From: an uncultured beta proteobacterium
Lineage (GTDB): Bacteria > Pseudomonadota > Gammaproteobacteria > Burkholderiales > Burkholderiaceae_C
NCBI GenBank assembly: GCA_963816315.1
Contig: CAWFJZ010000032.1
Span: 46,030 to 110,029 of the forward strand
Reading direction: 5' to 3'
DNA: 64,000 nt
Both the position numbers and the translations under genes were made by a program. Below, piece after piece: positions 30,888-42,788 of this stretch. Within the stretch, counting starts at the first letter, position 1, and every line of letters starts with the position of its first letter. The notes under the pieces were generated by a model that ran no database searches, was not told where the DNA came from, and saw only the letters and a program-made list of their open reading frames with translations.

Positions 30888-31558
30888 CAGGTGTTGATTT
30901 TTTCCAGGCAGTAGCCGAGGCCGCGTACCGTCGCGATGCGGATCGGCCCCTGCTCGATCTTCTTGCGCAGCCGGTGCACATAGACCTCGATGGCGTTGTT
31001 GCTGACCTCTTCGCCCCACTCGCACAGGCGCTCGACCAACTGGTCCTTGCTGACCAAGCGGCCGGCGCGCTGCAGCAGCACTTCGAGCAACGAGATCTCG
31101 CGCGCCGACAGGTCGATCATCTGCTCGTTGATGTAGCAGACGCGCCCCGTCGCGTCGAAGGTCAGCGGGCCATGCTTCAACACGCTGCTGGCGGTGCCCA
31201 GGCCGCGCCGCATCAGCGCGCGCACGCGGGCTTCCAACTCCTGCAGCGAGAACGGCTTGGCCATGTAGTCGTCGGCGCCGAGGTCGAGGCCCTTGACGCG
31301 CTGATCGACGCTGTCGGCAGCAGTCAGGATCAGCACCGGCGTCGAAGCGCCGCGAGCGCGGAACTTGCGCAGCACTTCGAGGCCGTGCACCTTGGGCAGA
31401 CCCAGATCGAGGATCACCAGATCGAACTCGTGCGAGGCCAGCGCCGCATCGGCTTCGTTGCCCGAGGCCACATGGTCTGCCGCATAACCCGCCGCGCGCA
31501 GCGAGCGCAGCAGGCCATCGGCCAGCACTTGATCGTCTTCGGCAACGAGCACTCGCAT
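30887..31558 (-). CDS. OmpR-family response regulator
   Basis: MRVLVAEDD...[10 protein letters not shown]...ADDYMAKPF receiver plus winged-helix output ([10 protein letters not shown]...TVRGLGY). Start at the internal ATG 31558. Confidence 0.9.
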   Translation of the reverse strand: MRVLVAEDDQVLADGLLRSLRAAGYAADHVASGNEADAALASHEFDLVILDLGLPKVHGLEVLRKFRARGASTPVLILTAADSVDQRVKGLDLGADDYMAKPFSLQELEARVRALMRRGLGTASSVLKHGPLTFDATGRVCYINEQMIDLSAREISLLEVLLQRAGRLVSKDQLVERLCEWGEEVSNNAIEVYVHRLRKKIEQGPIRIATVRGLGYCLEKINT

Positions 31559-31622
31559 GGCGTGCCTCCTCCAGCAAATTTTATGCAGCCCCGGCGTTGC
31601 CCCGCTTGACGACAAACCAGAC

Positions 31623-31638
31623 CTGTACGAATATCCAG
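31623..31638 (+). promoter_or_regulatory. candidate LexA SOS box upstream of recA
   Basis: CTGTacgaatatCCAG matches CTGT-N8-ACAG with one mismatch. It overlaps a possible -10 located 17 nt after TTGACG (31606-31611) and lies 61 nt upstream of the recA ATG. Confidence 0.5.
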
Positions 31639-31698
31639 TTATCGCGGACAATCCACCGCACCCCCGAAATCGCCCTCTCACTCACCGGAGACCCCCGC

Positions 31699-32748
<1,050 letters not shown>

Positions 32749-32759
32749 GGGGCTCGAAG

Positions 32760-33251
32760 GTGGCGGCCCGGCCGCCGCTGTCGCTGAAAGGCCGCGCGCT
32801 GCAATGGCTGTCGCAGCGCGAGCACAGCCGCATCGAACTGCGACGCAAGCTGATGCGCGCGGCGCGGCTGCGTGATGAGGCCGCGGCGGCTGAAGTGAGT
32901 TCGGGTGACCGTGCCGCCGAAGTCGAAACCTTGCTCGACTGGCTCATCGAACACCGCTATCTCAGCGAAGCGCGCTTCGTTGAGTCACGCGTCCACGCCC
33001 GCGCGGCGCGCTTTGGCCAGCGCCGCATCGCGCACGAGCTGAACCAGCACGGCGCCTCGCTCGACGCCGACACGGCAGAGCGGCTGCGCGCCAGCGAGTT
33101 CGCACGCGCCCAGGCCCTGTGGGCGCGCCGCTTCGGCGCTGAGCCGGCCGCGGACGCGGCGCTGCGCGCCAAGCAGATGCGTTTCCTGGCCGGCCGCGGC
33201 TTCGCGAGCGACGTCATCCGCCGCGTCGTCAAGGGCAGCGACGACGACTGA
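32760..33251 (+). CDS. recX: recombination regulator RecX
   Basis: Immediately after rec[26 protein letters not shown], then repeated helical modules. GTG start chosen at 32760 because there is no upstream in-frame ATG; the start is uncertain. Confidence 0.75.
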   Translation: MAARPPLSLKGRALQWLSQREHSRIELRRKLMRAARLRDEAAAAEVSSGDRAAEVETLLDWLIEHRYLSEARFVESRVHARAARFGQRRIAHELNQHGASLDADTAERLRASEFARAQALWARRFGAEPAADAALRAKQMRFLAGRGFASDVIRRVVKGSDDD

Positions 33252-33344
33252 GCGTGTCAGTCTTGGTGCAGCGCACCATGCTAAATTCACTGCGCCCCCA
33301 AAACCGCCTGACCCTGCGGCGCATTCCCAGCCTGCAGCATCCCC

Positions 33345-34505
<1,161 letters not shown>

Positions 34506-34514
34506 AGGCCCGCC

Positions 34515-35408
34515 ATGAGCATCCTCATCGACAAGAACACCAAGGTCATCACGCAGGGCATCACCGGCAAGACGGGCCAGTTCCACACCCGCATGTGCCG
34601 CGACTACGCCAACGGCCGCGCCTGCTTCGTCGCCGGCGTGAACCCGAAGAAGGCCGGCGAAGATTTCGAAGGCATCCCGATCCACGCCACGGTGAAGGAC
34701 GCCAAGGCCGCCACCGGCGCGACGGTCAGCGTGATCTACGTGCCACCCGCCGGCGCGGCGGCGGCGATCTGGGAGGCGGTCGAGGCCGACCTCGATCTCG
34801 CCATCTGCATCACCGAAGGCATCCCGGTCAAGGACATGCTCGAAGTGCGCAACCACATGAAGGCCAAGGAGGCCGCCGGTGGCAAGAAGACGCTGCTGCT
34901 CGGCCCCAACTGCCCGGGGCTGATCACGCCGGAAGAAATCAAGATCGGCATCATGCCGGGCCACATCCACAAGAAGGGCCGCATCGGCGTCGTCAGCCGC
35001 TCGGGCACGTTGACCTACGAAGCGGTGGCGCAGCTCACGGAGATCGGCCTCGGCCAATCGAGCGCCGTCGGCATCGGCGGCGACCCGATCAACGGCTTGA
35101 AGCACATCGACGTCATGAAGCTGTTCAACGACGATCCGGCCACCGACGCCGTGATCATGATCGGCGAGATCGGCGGCCCCGATGAAGCCGACGCCGCGCG
35201 CTGGTGCAAGGCGAACATGAAAAAGCCGATCGTCGGCTTCATCGCCGGCGTCACCGCGCCCGCGGGCAAGCGCATGGGCCATGCCGGCGCGCTGATTTCC
35301 GGCGGCGCCGACACGGCGGATGCCAAGCTCGCCATCATGGAAGAGTGCGGCTTCACGATCACGCGCAACCCGAGCGAGATGGCCAAGCTGCTCAAGGCGC
35401 TGCTCTGA
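34515..35408 (+). CDS. sucD: succinyl-CoA synthetase alpha subunit
   Basis: [24 protein letters not shown]...[11 protein letters not shown]...[10 protein letters not shown]. Confidence 0.95.
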   Translation: MSILIDKNTKVITQGITGKTGQFHTRMCRDYANGRACFVAGVNPKKAGEDFEGIPIHATVKDAKAATGATVSVIYVPPAGAAAAIWEAVEADLDLAICITEGIPVKDMLEVRNHMKAKEAAGGKKTLLLGPNCPGLITPEEIKIGIMPGHIHKKGRIGVVSRSGTLTYEAVAQLTEIGLGQSSAVGIGGDPINGLKHIDVMKLFNDDPATDAVIMIGEIGGPDEADAARWCKANMKKPIVGFIAGVTAPAGKRMGHAGALISGGADTADAKLAIMEECGFTITRNPSEMAKLLKALL

Positions 35409-35481
35409 GCGCACGGCGCCGACGCGCTTGCGTAGTTCCACGAAGTAGCGCGCGCCGAACGAGGCTCCTACACTGCCGCGC

Positions 35482-36678
35482 ATGGAAATGCTTGCTTCCG
35501 CCGGAGTTCTGGGTCGCCGTCGGCCAGATCATCCTGATCGACATCCTGCTCGGCGGCGACAACGCGGTCGTGATCGCGCTGGCCTGCCGCAAGCTGCCGC
35601 CGGCAGCAGCGCACCAAGGGCATCCTGTGGGGCACGGCCGGCGCGATCGTGCTGCGCATCATCCTGATCTTCTTCGCGCTCAAGCTGCTGGCGATCCCGT
35701 TCCTCAAGATCGTCGGCGCGATCCTGCTGGTGTGGATCGGCGTCAAGCTGCTGATGCCCGAGCACGACGAGGGCCACTCCAGCATCGAGGGCAGCGACAA
35801 GCTCTGGGGCGCGGTCAAGACGGTGATCGTGGCCGACTTCGTGATGAGCGTGGACAACGTGATCGCGATCGCCGGCGCCGCCGAGGCGTCCGGCACTGGT
35901 CACGGCATGGTGCTGGTGATCTTCGGCGTGCTGGTCAGCATCCCGATCATCGTCTGGGGCAGCCAGCTGGTGATCAAGCTGATGGACCGCTTCCCGATCA
36001 TCATCACCGCCGGCGGCATGCTGCTCGGCTGGATCGCCGGCACGATGGCCGTGACCGACCCGGCTCTGGTCAATCCGCAGGTGCTTTCGGGCTGGCCGAA
36101 GATACCCGAGAGCGACGCCCTGCGCTACGGCGCCGGGGTGGCCGGAGCGCTGCTGGTGCTGGCGCTGGGCAAATGGTTCGCCTCGCGGCGCGCTCCTGCC
36201 CCGCGTGCGGCGACGGCCGCGGCCAGCGCTTCGCCAAACGGCCAGATGCGCCGCCTGCTGCTGGCCGTGGACGGCTCCACAACGGCCGAACATGCAGTGC
36301 GCCACCTGCTGTCGATGCGCAGCGCGCTGCGCGAACCGCAGGCCCTCGAGGTGCATCTGGTGAACGTTCAGCGGCCGGTGTCCGAGCGATGTCTCGTCTT
36401 TCGTCGCCAAGGACCAGCTGGAGGAGTTTCAGCACGAGCGCTGCGACGCTGCGCTGGCACCGGCGCGGCGCATTCTCGACGAGGCGGGCCAGCCCTACCA
36501 GGAGCACCGCAAGGTCGGCCCACCGGGAGCGACCATCGCGGAGCTGGCGCGAGCGCAAGCCTGCGACCTGATCGTGATGGGCGCGCGCGGCCTGGGCAGC
36601 AACACCGCCGCGCTGCTCGGCTCGGTGGCGCAGAGCACCATCGAGCACGCCGACGTGCCCGTTCTGGTGGTCAAGTAG
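35482..36678 (+). pseudogene. TerC/YjbE-family membrane protein with C-terminal universal stress protein domain, interrupted by three +1 frameshifts
   Basis: MEMLAS (frame of 35482), then PEFWVAVGQIILIDILLGGDNAVVIALACRKLPP (next frame, shift near 35497-35503), then QQRTKGILWGTAGAIVLRIILIFF... (third frame, shift near 35597-35604). USP part MRRLLLAVDGS...VNVQRPVSE, then DVSSFVAKDQLEEF...GSVAQSTIEHADVPVLVVK (shift near 36384-36388), stop at 36676-36678. Confidence 0.65.
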
Positions 36679-36843
36679 GCCGCAAGAGCAGTTTCAACAG
36701 CCAAGCCGGCCGCTTGTGGCACGCTCGGCGCCGCATGACCCTTTGCGCATGAACCCGCTCGCTCGCCTTGCCGCCCGTTGGTCGTCGCCGGCGCCAGCGG
36801 CAGATGCCGCGCCACCGCTGCGAGCCGAGCCTTGCCGCCTGGC

Positions 36844-37707
36844 ATGTTGTTGGGCGGCGTGGCCCTGGCGCGGCTGATCGGTCGCGGCGCTACGGCGGTG
36901 GTCTATGGCGGCCTGGACAATACCAACCAAGCGCCGCGCGCCGTCAAGGTGTGGAGCCCGCAGCCCAGCCCGGCGCGGATGAGGCTTCGCGCCAGCGTTT
37001 TCTGCAAGAAGCGCAACACGCCGTCGGCCTCGACCACCCGGGCATCGTGCGCATCTTCGGCGGCGGTTCGCAATCCGGTCTGGCCTTCATCGTCATGGAG
37101 CTGCTCGCCGGCAGCAGACCTGGCGCGCTACGCACGCGCGCAGCACCGCCTGCCCGAGCCGCTGGTGCTGCAGACTCGCCGCCCAACTGGCCGCACGCGC
37201 TGGCCTACGCGCACCGCCAGGGCGTCGTGCACCGCGACGTCAAGCCGGCGAACGCGCTCTTCGACCCGGCCACGCGCCGCGCGGCGCTGACCGACTTCGG
37301 CCTGGCGCGCTGCGCCGGATGCACAGGCCTCGCGCAGCGGCGTCTTCATCGGCTCGCCGCTGTACATGGCGCCCGAACTGCTGGCCGGGCAGCCGCCCGA
37401 CGCGCGCAGCGACCTGTATGCGCTGGGCGTGATGACCTACGAGCTGCTGGCCGGCCGGCCGCCTTTCGAGGCCGCCGTCGATGGGCGCGCTGCTGCGCGC
37501 GGTGGCGCAGTCTCCACCGCTGCCGCTGTCCACGCTGCGCAGCCGACTGGACGCCCGCAGCGGCCGAGCGCCTCGACCGCCTGCTCGCACCGCTGCTGGA
37601 CAAGCAGCCCGCGCAGCGCGCCCGACGACGGCGATGCCTGGGCCGCTCAGGCCCGCCTGACGGCACAGTGGCTTATGTCCGCGGCAAACACCACGAACGC
37701 GCTTTGA
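36844..37707 (+). pseudogene. Hanks-type Ser/Thr protein kinase, interrupted by at least seven frameshifts
   Basis: All kinase subdomains are present but spread over three frames: IGRGATAVVYGG / AVKVW; RFLQEAQHAVGLDHPGIVRIF...FIVMELLAGS; DLARYARAQHRLPEPLVLQ; LAYAHRQGVVHRDVKPANALF...DFGLAR; [11 protein letters not shown]...[21 protein letters not shown]; [13 protein letters not shown]; [21 protein letters not shown]; [13 protein letters not shown]. An alternative start at ATG 36749 would add one more shift. Confidence 0.7.
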
Positions 37708-37841
37708 ATGGCCGGCACGGCGCCGGGCCGCCGCACGGACAGGCCGGCGAGCCGAGGCACAATGCTGCATCTCTCACGATCTGCCCTCGCGCCCGGCAGC
37801 GGCGCTGCTGCAACTGACTTTTTCCTGTGTCGCAGACCCAC

Positions 37842-38630
37842 ATGCCCATCGAGTTCTTCGGCGCCACGGATACGGGCCGGGCTCGCACCAACAACGAAGA
37901 CTCGGTCGCCGTTGACGCTCACAACGCCTTGGCGATCCTCGCCGACGGCATGGGCGGCTACAACGCCGGCGAAGTCGCCAGCGGCATGGCGACCTCGTTC
38001 ATCCAGACCGAACTCGGGCGCTGGCTCGGCGAAGTCGGCGACTCCGCCACCGACCCCGAAGTGCGCCGCGCGATGGACATCTGCGTCGATAACGCCAACC
38101 GCGCGATCTTCAATGCCGCCAACGCCAACCCGCAGTACTCGGGCATGGGCACGACACTCGTCGTGCTGGCGTTTCGTGGCACGCGCGTGCTGATCGGCCA
38201 TGTCGGCGACTCGCGCGCCTACCGCCTGCGCGGCGGCCGGCTGATGCAGCTCACGCGCGACCACTCGCTGCTGCAGGAGCAGATCGACGCCGGCCTGATC
38301 ACGCCCGAGCAGGCCAGCTTCTCGGCCAACAAGAACCTGGTGACGCGCGCCGTCGGTGTGGAAGACACGGTCTTGCTGGAAATCCACCAGCACGAAGTGC
38401 ATCCCGGCGACTTGCTGCTCTTGTGCTCCGACGGCCTGTCGGACATGCTCGACGACGAGACCCTGTCGCAGTTGTTGCAGGGTTACGATTCGCTCGACGA
38501 GATGGGCGCGGCGCTGATCGCTGCGGCCAACGACGCCGGCGGCAAGGATAATATTGCGGTCATTCTGGCGCGCGCGCCGGGCAGCCCGGCTGCGGCCACC
38601 AAGTCCTGGTGGGCTCCGTTCCGGCGCTGA
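37842..38630 (+). CDS. PP2C-family Ser/Thr protein phosphatase
   Basis: MPIEFFGATDTGRARTNNEDS...LADGMGG...GHVGDSRAY...CSDGL...GGKDNIAVIL. ATG 37842 is preferred over the upstream GTG at 37827. Confidence 0.85.
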   Translation: MPIEFFGATDTGRARTNNEDSVAVDAHNALAILADGMGGYNAGEVASGMATSFIQTELGRWLGEVGDSATDPEVRRAMDICVDNANRAIFNAANANPQYSGMGTTLVVLAFRGTRVLIGHVGDSRAYRLRGGRLMQLTRDHSLLQEQIDAGLITPEQASFSANKNLVTRAVGVEDTVLLEIHQHEVHPGDLLLLCSDGLSDMLDDETLSQLLQGYDSLDEMGAALIAAANDAGGKDNIAVILARAPGSPAAATKSWWAPFRR

Positions 38631-38667
38631 CAACAACGCCCTTAGAGGGGCAGACAAAGGCTACAAG

Positions 38668-39366
38668 ATGGGCAAGCTCGTGGTGTCGCTCGACGGTGTG
38701 GTGATCAAGGAAGTGCAGGTCACCAAAGACAAAACTACGCTCGGCCGGCGGCCTTACAACGACATCGTCATCGACAACCTGGCGGTCAGCGGCGAGCACG
38801 CCGTGCTGCAAATGGTCGGCGCCGATGTCTTCATCGAAGACCTGAACAGCACCAACGGCACCTACATCAACGGCAAGGCCGTGAAGAAGCAGCTGCTGGC
38901 GCACAACGACACGGTCGAGATCGGCAAGTACAAGATCAAGTACCTGGTCGAGGACGGCGTCGATTACGAAAAGACGATGATCATGAAGCCGGGCATGGTC
39001 GCAGGCCCGGGCGGCACGATGGTGAACTCCGCTGACCGGCCGACCTTCGCCCACACCATGCCGGCGAGCAGCAACTCGGGCTTCGGTGGCCTGGCCAATT
39101 CACCGGGCAGCGCGGCCATCAAGGTCTTGAACGGCGCCGCGGCCGGCCGCGAAGTGCCACTGACCAAGGTCGTCACCACCGTCGGCAAACCGGGCGTGCA
39201 GGTGGCCTCGATCACCAAACGGCCCGGGGGGTATGTGCTCGCGCACGTGGAGGGCGCGGCCAAGCCCACGGTCAACGGCTCGCAACTGGCTGGCGATTCG
39301 GCGCAACTGCGCAACGGCGACGTGATCGAGCTCGCCGGCACGCAGATGCAGTTCATCCAGATCTGA
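38668..39366 (+). CDS. FHA domain-containing protein
   Basis: N-terminal FHA (TTLGRRPYNDIVIDNLAVSGEHAVL...DLNSTNGTYINGK) and a second FHA-like C-terminal module (TVGKPG...NGSQL...NGDVIELAGTQM). Start at ATG 38668. Confidence 0.8.
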   Translation: MGKLVVSLDGVVIKEVQVTKDKTTLGRRPYNDIVIDNLAVSGEHAVLQMVGADVFIEDLNSTNGTYINGKAVKKQLLAHNDTVEIGKYKIKYLVEDGVDYEKTMIMKPGMVAGPGGTMVNSADRPTFAHTMPASSNSGFGGLANSPGSAAIKVLNGAAAGREVPLTKVVTTVGKPGVQVASITKRPGGYVLAHVEGAAKPTVNGSQLAGDSAQLRNGDVIELAGTQMQFIQI

Positions 39367-39462
39367 TGATGTCGCCGTCCTTTACTCTTTCGGGCGTGCA
39401 GTAGGTCACGCCGCCGGTAGAGTCAGCGGCGGCGGGTGCTCCCCGCACAGGAAAATCGGCGA

Positions 39463-40254
39463 ATGAAGATCCGCGTGCTCGGTTGCTCCGGCTCCATCGC
39501 CGCCGGTGACCGCACCACCTCCTTTCTGCTCGACGACGATGTGCTCATCGACGCCGGCACCGGCGTCGGCGACCTCACGCTCGACGAGATGACGGGCATC
39601 GACCACATCGTCGTCACGCACTCGCACCTCGACCATGTGCTGGGCATTGGCCTGCTTGCCGACAGCGTGGCGCGGCGGCGCCTGTCGCGCCAGCACAGCC
39701 GCCGCGGCCCGATCCGTGTGCACGCGCTGCCGCAAACAGCCGACGCCTTGCGCACCCACATCTTCAACGGCGCCATCTGGCCCGACTTCACGCGCCTGCC
39801 GAGCCCCGAGCATCCGCTGCTGAAGTTCGAGCCGTTCGCTGTCGGTCAGACCTTGCAGTTCGGCGGCCGGCGCATCGAAGTGCTGCCCGCCGAGCACACC
39901 GTGCCGGCGGTGGGCTTTGCCGTGACGCCGGAAGGCAACGAAAGCGGCGCCTGGGTCTTCACCGGCGACACCGGCCCCAACCCGGCGCTGTGGCGGCGCC
40001 TGACGGGCATGCGCATCGCGCACCTCGTCATCGAAACCGCCTTCAGCGACGACGAACAGCAACTCGCGCGCATCAGCTCGCACCTATGCCCGACGACGCT
40101 GGCGCGCGAACTGGCGCAACTGGATGGCGAGGTGCAGGTGCACATCACGCACATCAAGCCGGGCGAGGTGGCGGCGGTGATGAGCCAGATCGAGGGCCAG
40201 ACGATGCGGCACAGCGCGAGTGCGCTGCACAGCGGGCAGGTCTTCACACTTTAG
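39463..40254 (+). CDS. class II 3',5'-cyclic-nucleotide phosphodiesterase / MBL-fold hydrolase
   Basis: MKIRVLGCSGS...TSFLLDDDVLIDAGTG...IVVTHSHLDHV (HxHxDH metal motif)...HITHIKPG. Start at the internal ATG 39463. Confidence 0.75.
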   Translation: MKIRVLGCSGSIAAGDRTTSFLLDDDVLIDAGTGVGDLTLDEMTGIDHIVVTHSHLDHVLGIGLLADSVARRRLSRQHSRRGPIRVHALPQTADALRTHIFNGAIWPDFTRLPSPEHPLLKFEPFAVGQTLQFGGRRIEVLPAEHTVPAVGFAVTPEGNESGAWVFTGDTGPNPALWRRLTGMRIAHLVIETAFSDDEQQLARISSHLCPTTLARELAQLDGEVQVHITHIKPGEVAAVMSQIEGQTMRHSASALHSGQVFTL

Positions 40255-40261
40255 GTTTGCC

Positions 40262-40753
40262 GTGCAAGACAGTGCCTACCTCAACGTCAACGATCACGGC
40301 GTACTGCGCGTGCCCGGGCCGCTGTGGTTGGGCTTTGCGGTGCTCGCGCGCTACTGGCTGCTGATGCTCGTCATCATTGTCAGCAGCGGGCAATCGCAAC
40401 TATCGACTCTGCTGCTCGGCAACGATGGTGTGCCTTGGGCTTGGCTCGCGCTGCAACTGCCGATCGTGCTGCTGATGATGGCCGGCGCGCATCGCGTGCC
40501 CACCGGCGGCCGCTGGGCGCGCGTGCTGTGGCGCAATGGCCGCGTCATCGTCACGCTGACAGCGCTGTTGAATCTGGTGTGGACCGGGCGCTTGTTGTGG
40601 CTGTCAGACGACTGGGGCCTTTGGCCGGAGGTGCTGCTGGCCAGCTTCGTGCTGATCGACCTGGCCACGGCGCTCGCCGTCTGGCGCGACAGATTCTTTG
40701 CTCAACTGTTCAGCGAGTTTCCCGCAGCGCCTGACAACGCGAACAAAGCGTAG
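40262..40753 (+). CDS. DUF2919 (YfeZ-like) inner-membrane protein
   Basis: NDHGVLRVPGPLWLGFAVLARYWLL followed by three more hydrophobic helices, resembling E. coli YfeZ. GTG start chosen; the start is uncertain. Confidence 0.55.
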   Translation: MQDSAYLNVNDHGVLRVPGPLWLGFAVLARYWLLMLVIIVSSGQSQLSTLLLGNDGVPWAWLALQLPIVLLMMAGAHRVPTGGRWARVLWRNGRVIVTLTALLNLVWTGRLLWLSDDWGLWPEVLLASFVLIDLATALAVWRDRFFAQLFSEFPAAPDNANKA

Positions 40754-40762
40754 TCCGCATCA

Positions 40763-41548
40763 TCAAAAGCCGTCGAAGGGCGCAAAGCCCACGACATCGC
40801 CCTTGGCGGCGTCGAGCAGTGCCACCCAGTCACCGCGGAACGTGACCATCGGGACGTAAACCAGGTTCTGCGCAGCCCGTCCGGTTTCCAAGGCGGCTGC
40901 ATCGAGTTCCGTGCGGCGGTCAGGGTATCGCTGAGCCAGCGCGATCAGCGGCTTGGCATGAGAGACCGCTTCAGCCCGCGCCTTGTCGTCCCAAGGTTGC
41001 CACAGGGCCGGCCTCGCGCCGATGTCGTATCCGGACAAGCCCAGAGTGAGGGCATCGGACTTCTTCACCGGATCCGTCGGCAGCATGCTGCGCACAAGCC
41101 GCGGTCCGGTCAGCGAGAGGCTGCGAAACTCGGGCAGCGCAGCCGGCAGTTCCTTCTCATAGACGCCGGAAGCAGGCACGACACGAAAACGATCTTCTTC
41201 GAGCGCCAGCACGACGGGGCGCGAGATGCTGACCATGTGCAAGCCGTAGCCGAGCGCGGCTAGCTGCAATGCGATGACCACGGCAACGTCGCGGCGCAGT
41301 TCTTTCCCCGGTTTGCGACTGTCGAAGATCACGAACGTGATCAGCGGACCGAGCGCCCAATCGACACCGACGACCAGAAGAAACAGTTCGGTGCCGCCCG
41401 ACAAGGTTCGATACGCGCCGGGATACCACAGTGCAAACACCATGGCCGCCACGGCGATGGCAACGGCCAAGCTTGCGGCCAGGTGGATCAATGCGGGTTT
41501 GAATCGAGAGCGCCAATCGAAGCTTAGCGGGCTGTTCAGGTCGGCCAT
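40763..41548 (-). CDS. type IV pilin accessory protein (TfpZ/FimB-like)
   Basis: Directly downstream of the pilin genes. N-terminal membrane helices with YPG...GVDWALGPLITFVIFDSRKPGKELRRDVAVVIALQLAALGYG, as in FimB/TfpZ-type accessory proteins. Start at ATG 41548. Confidence 0.65.
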   Translation of the reverse strand: MADLNSPLSFDWRSRFKPALIHLAASLAVAIAVAAMVFALWYPGAYRTLSGGTELFLLVVGVDWALGPLITFVIFDSRKPGKELRRDVAVVIALQLAALGYGLHMVSISRPVVLALEEDRFRVVPASGVYEKELPAALPEFRSLSLTGPRLVRSMLPTDPVKKSDALTLGLSGYDIGARPALWQPWDDKARAEAVSHAKPLIALAQRYPDRRTELDAAALETGRAAQNLVYVPMVTFRGDWVALLDAAKGDVVGFAPFDGF

Positions 41549-41641
41549 GGCAAGTTCAGCGAATGCGAGTTGAGAAAGGATAGTTCGCCCATCGGAAGCA
41601 AGGAAACAAGCGCTCCGGGTACGGCCTTCGCGGCCCAATGG

Positions 41642-41667
41642 AAAAGGGCTGCCAAGGCAGCCCTTTC
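41642..41667 (-). terminator. rho-independent terminator after pilin copy 1
   Basis: Minus strand reads GGGCTGCC-tt-GGCAGCCC followed by TTTTC, 17 nt after the pilin stop. Confidence 0.6.
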
Positions 41668-41683
41668 TCGCGATCGCAGGCGT

Positions 41684-42109
41684 TTACACGCAGGACTTGG
41701 GAAGGAACTTCGCAAGCATGTCGGAGCTGCAGGTCCAGACGACCGAGCCGCCGCTCAACGACGGGGTCATGCGCACGAGACAACCGTTAACCAGCGTGCT
41801 TGCAACACCGCACATCGTCGAAGTCAGGACGCCGCCCGTGCTGTTGGTGGGCAGGCCGGAGTATTTGCCGTTAGCCACCAGCGACACCCCGGCGGTGACA
41901 CCTGTGCAGCTACCAGAATCGGTACAAGCAGCGACGATTTCCCCACGCTGGCCGTCGATCAGCGCAAACGCCTCCGACACCTGCGAGCGAGCGATGTAGT
42001 CCTGGTAAGCCGGCAGCGCGATGGCAGCCAGGATGCCGATGATCGCAACAACGATCATCAATTCGATCAGCGTGAAGCCCTTTTGTAGGCCTTTGGAAAT
42101 TCGGTTCAT
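41684..42109 (-). CDS. pilA: type IVa major pilin (copy 1)
   Basis: Class III leader and prepilin cleavage site ([38 protein letters not shown]), C-terminal disulfide loop (C...C). AAGGAG RBS 8 nt upstream. Confidence 0.9.
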   Translation of the reverse strand: MNRISKGLQKGFTLIELMIVVAIIGILAAIALPAYQDYIARSQVSEAFALIDGQRGEIVAACTDSGSCTGVTAGVSLVANGKYSGLPTNSTGGVLTSTMCGVASTLVNGCLVRMTPSLSGGSVVWTCSSDMLAKFLPKSCV

Positions 42110-42154
42110 TAGCTAACTCCTTTGAGGGGGTGGTGGGCGGATCACGAAGAAACA

Positions 42155-42170
42155 AGCGAACACCATGCCA
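42155..42170 (-). promoter_or_regulatory. sigma54-type -24/-12 promoter for pilin copy 1
   Basis: Minus strand TGGCATggtgtTCGCT (consensus TGGCAC-N5-TTGCW), about 45 nt upstream of the ATG. Confidence 0.5.
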
Positions 42171-42258
42171 TGGGGCTTCACAAAGCTCTGAGGGTCGCTT
42201 TCCACGTTTCGCTGACGAAAATCGTCGCCAGACTGTTTCGCATAGGGTCAACCGCGAC

Positions 42259-42288
42259 AAAAAAAGGGCTGCCGAGGCAGCCTTTTTT
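42259..42288 (-). terminator. rho-independent terminator after pilin copy 2
   Basis: Minus strand AGGCTGCC-tc-GGCAGCCC followed by a run of seven T. Confidence 0.6.
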
Positions 42289-42302
42289 GCGATCGCAGGC
42301 GT

Positions 42303-42728
42303 TTACACGCAGGACTTGGGGAGGAACTTCGCAAGCATGTCGGAGCTGCAGGTCCAGACGACCGAGCCGCCGCTCAACGACGGGGTCATGCGCACGAGAC
42401 AACCGTTAACCAGCGTGCTTGCAACACCGCACATCGTCGAAGTCAGGACGCCGCCCGTGCTGTTGGTGGGCAGGCCGGAGTATTTGCCGTTAGCCACCAG
42501 CGACACCCCGGCGGTCACACCTGTGCAGCTACCAGCATCGGTACAACCCTCGACGATCAACCCGCGCTGCCCGTCGATCAGCGCGAACGCCTCCGACACC
42601 TGCGAGCGAGCGATGTAGTCCTGGTAAGCCGGCAGCGCGATGGCAGCCAGGATGCCGATGATCGCAACAACGATCATCAATTCGATCAGCGTGAAGCCTT
42701 TTTGCAGGCCTTTGGAAATTCTGTTCAT
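42303..42728 (-). CDS. pilA: type IVa major pilin (copy 2)
   Basis: 141 aa, identical to copy 1 except for four residues in GQRG[E/L]IV[AA/EG]CTD[S/A]GSC. Confidence 0.9.
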   Translation of the reverse strand: MNRISKGLQKGFTLIELMIVVAIIGILAAIALPAYQDYIARSQVSEAFALIDGQRGLIVEGCTDAGSCTGVTAGVSLVANGKYSGLPTNSTGGVLTSTMCGVASTLVNGCLVRMTPSLSGGSVVWTCSSDMLAKFLPKSCV

Positions 42729-42772
42729 TGACTAACTCCTTTGAGGGATGGTGGGCGGATCACGCAGAAACA

Positions 42773-42788
42773 TGCGAACGCCGTGCCA
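42773..42788 (-). promoter_or_regulatory. sigma54-type -24/-12 promoter for pilin copy 2
   Basis: Minus strand TGGCACggcgtTCGCA, in the same position relative to the ATG as in copy 1. Confidence 0.5.

Noticed and set aside
36749-36843. An upstream ATG (36749) as the true start of the Ser/Thr kinase.
   Set aside because: It would need an additional frameshift. ATG 36844 lies about 10 residues before the glycine-rich loop and is sufficient. The upstream start is kept only as an alternative.
41684-42728. The possibility that the two pilin genes are an assembly duplication artefact.
   Set aside because: The copies differ at a defined cluster of nucleotides, have diverged upstream regions containing indels, and have slightly different terminators. 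This is not expected from a collapsed or duplicated read artefact.
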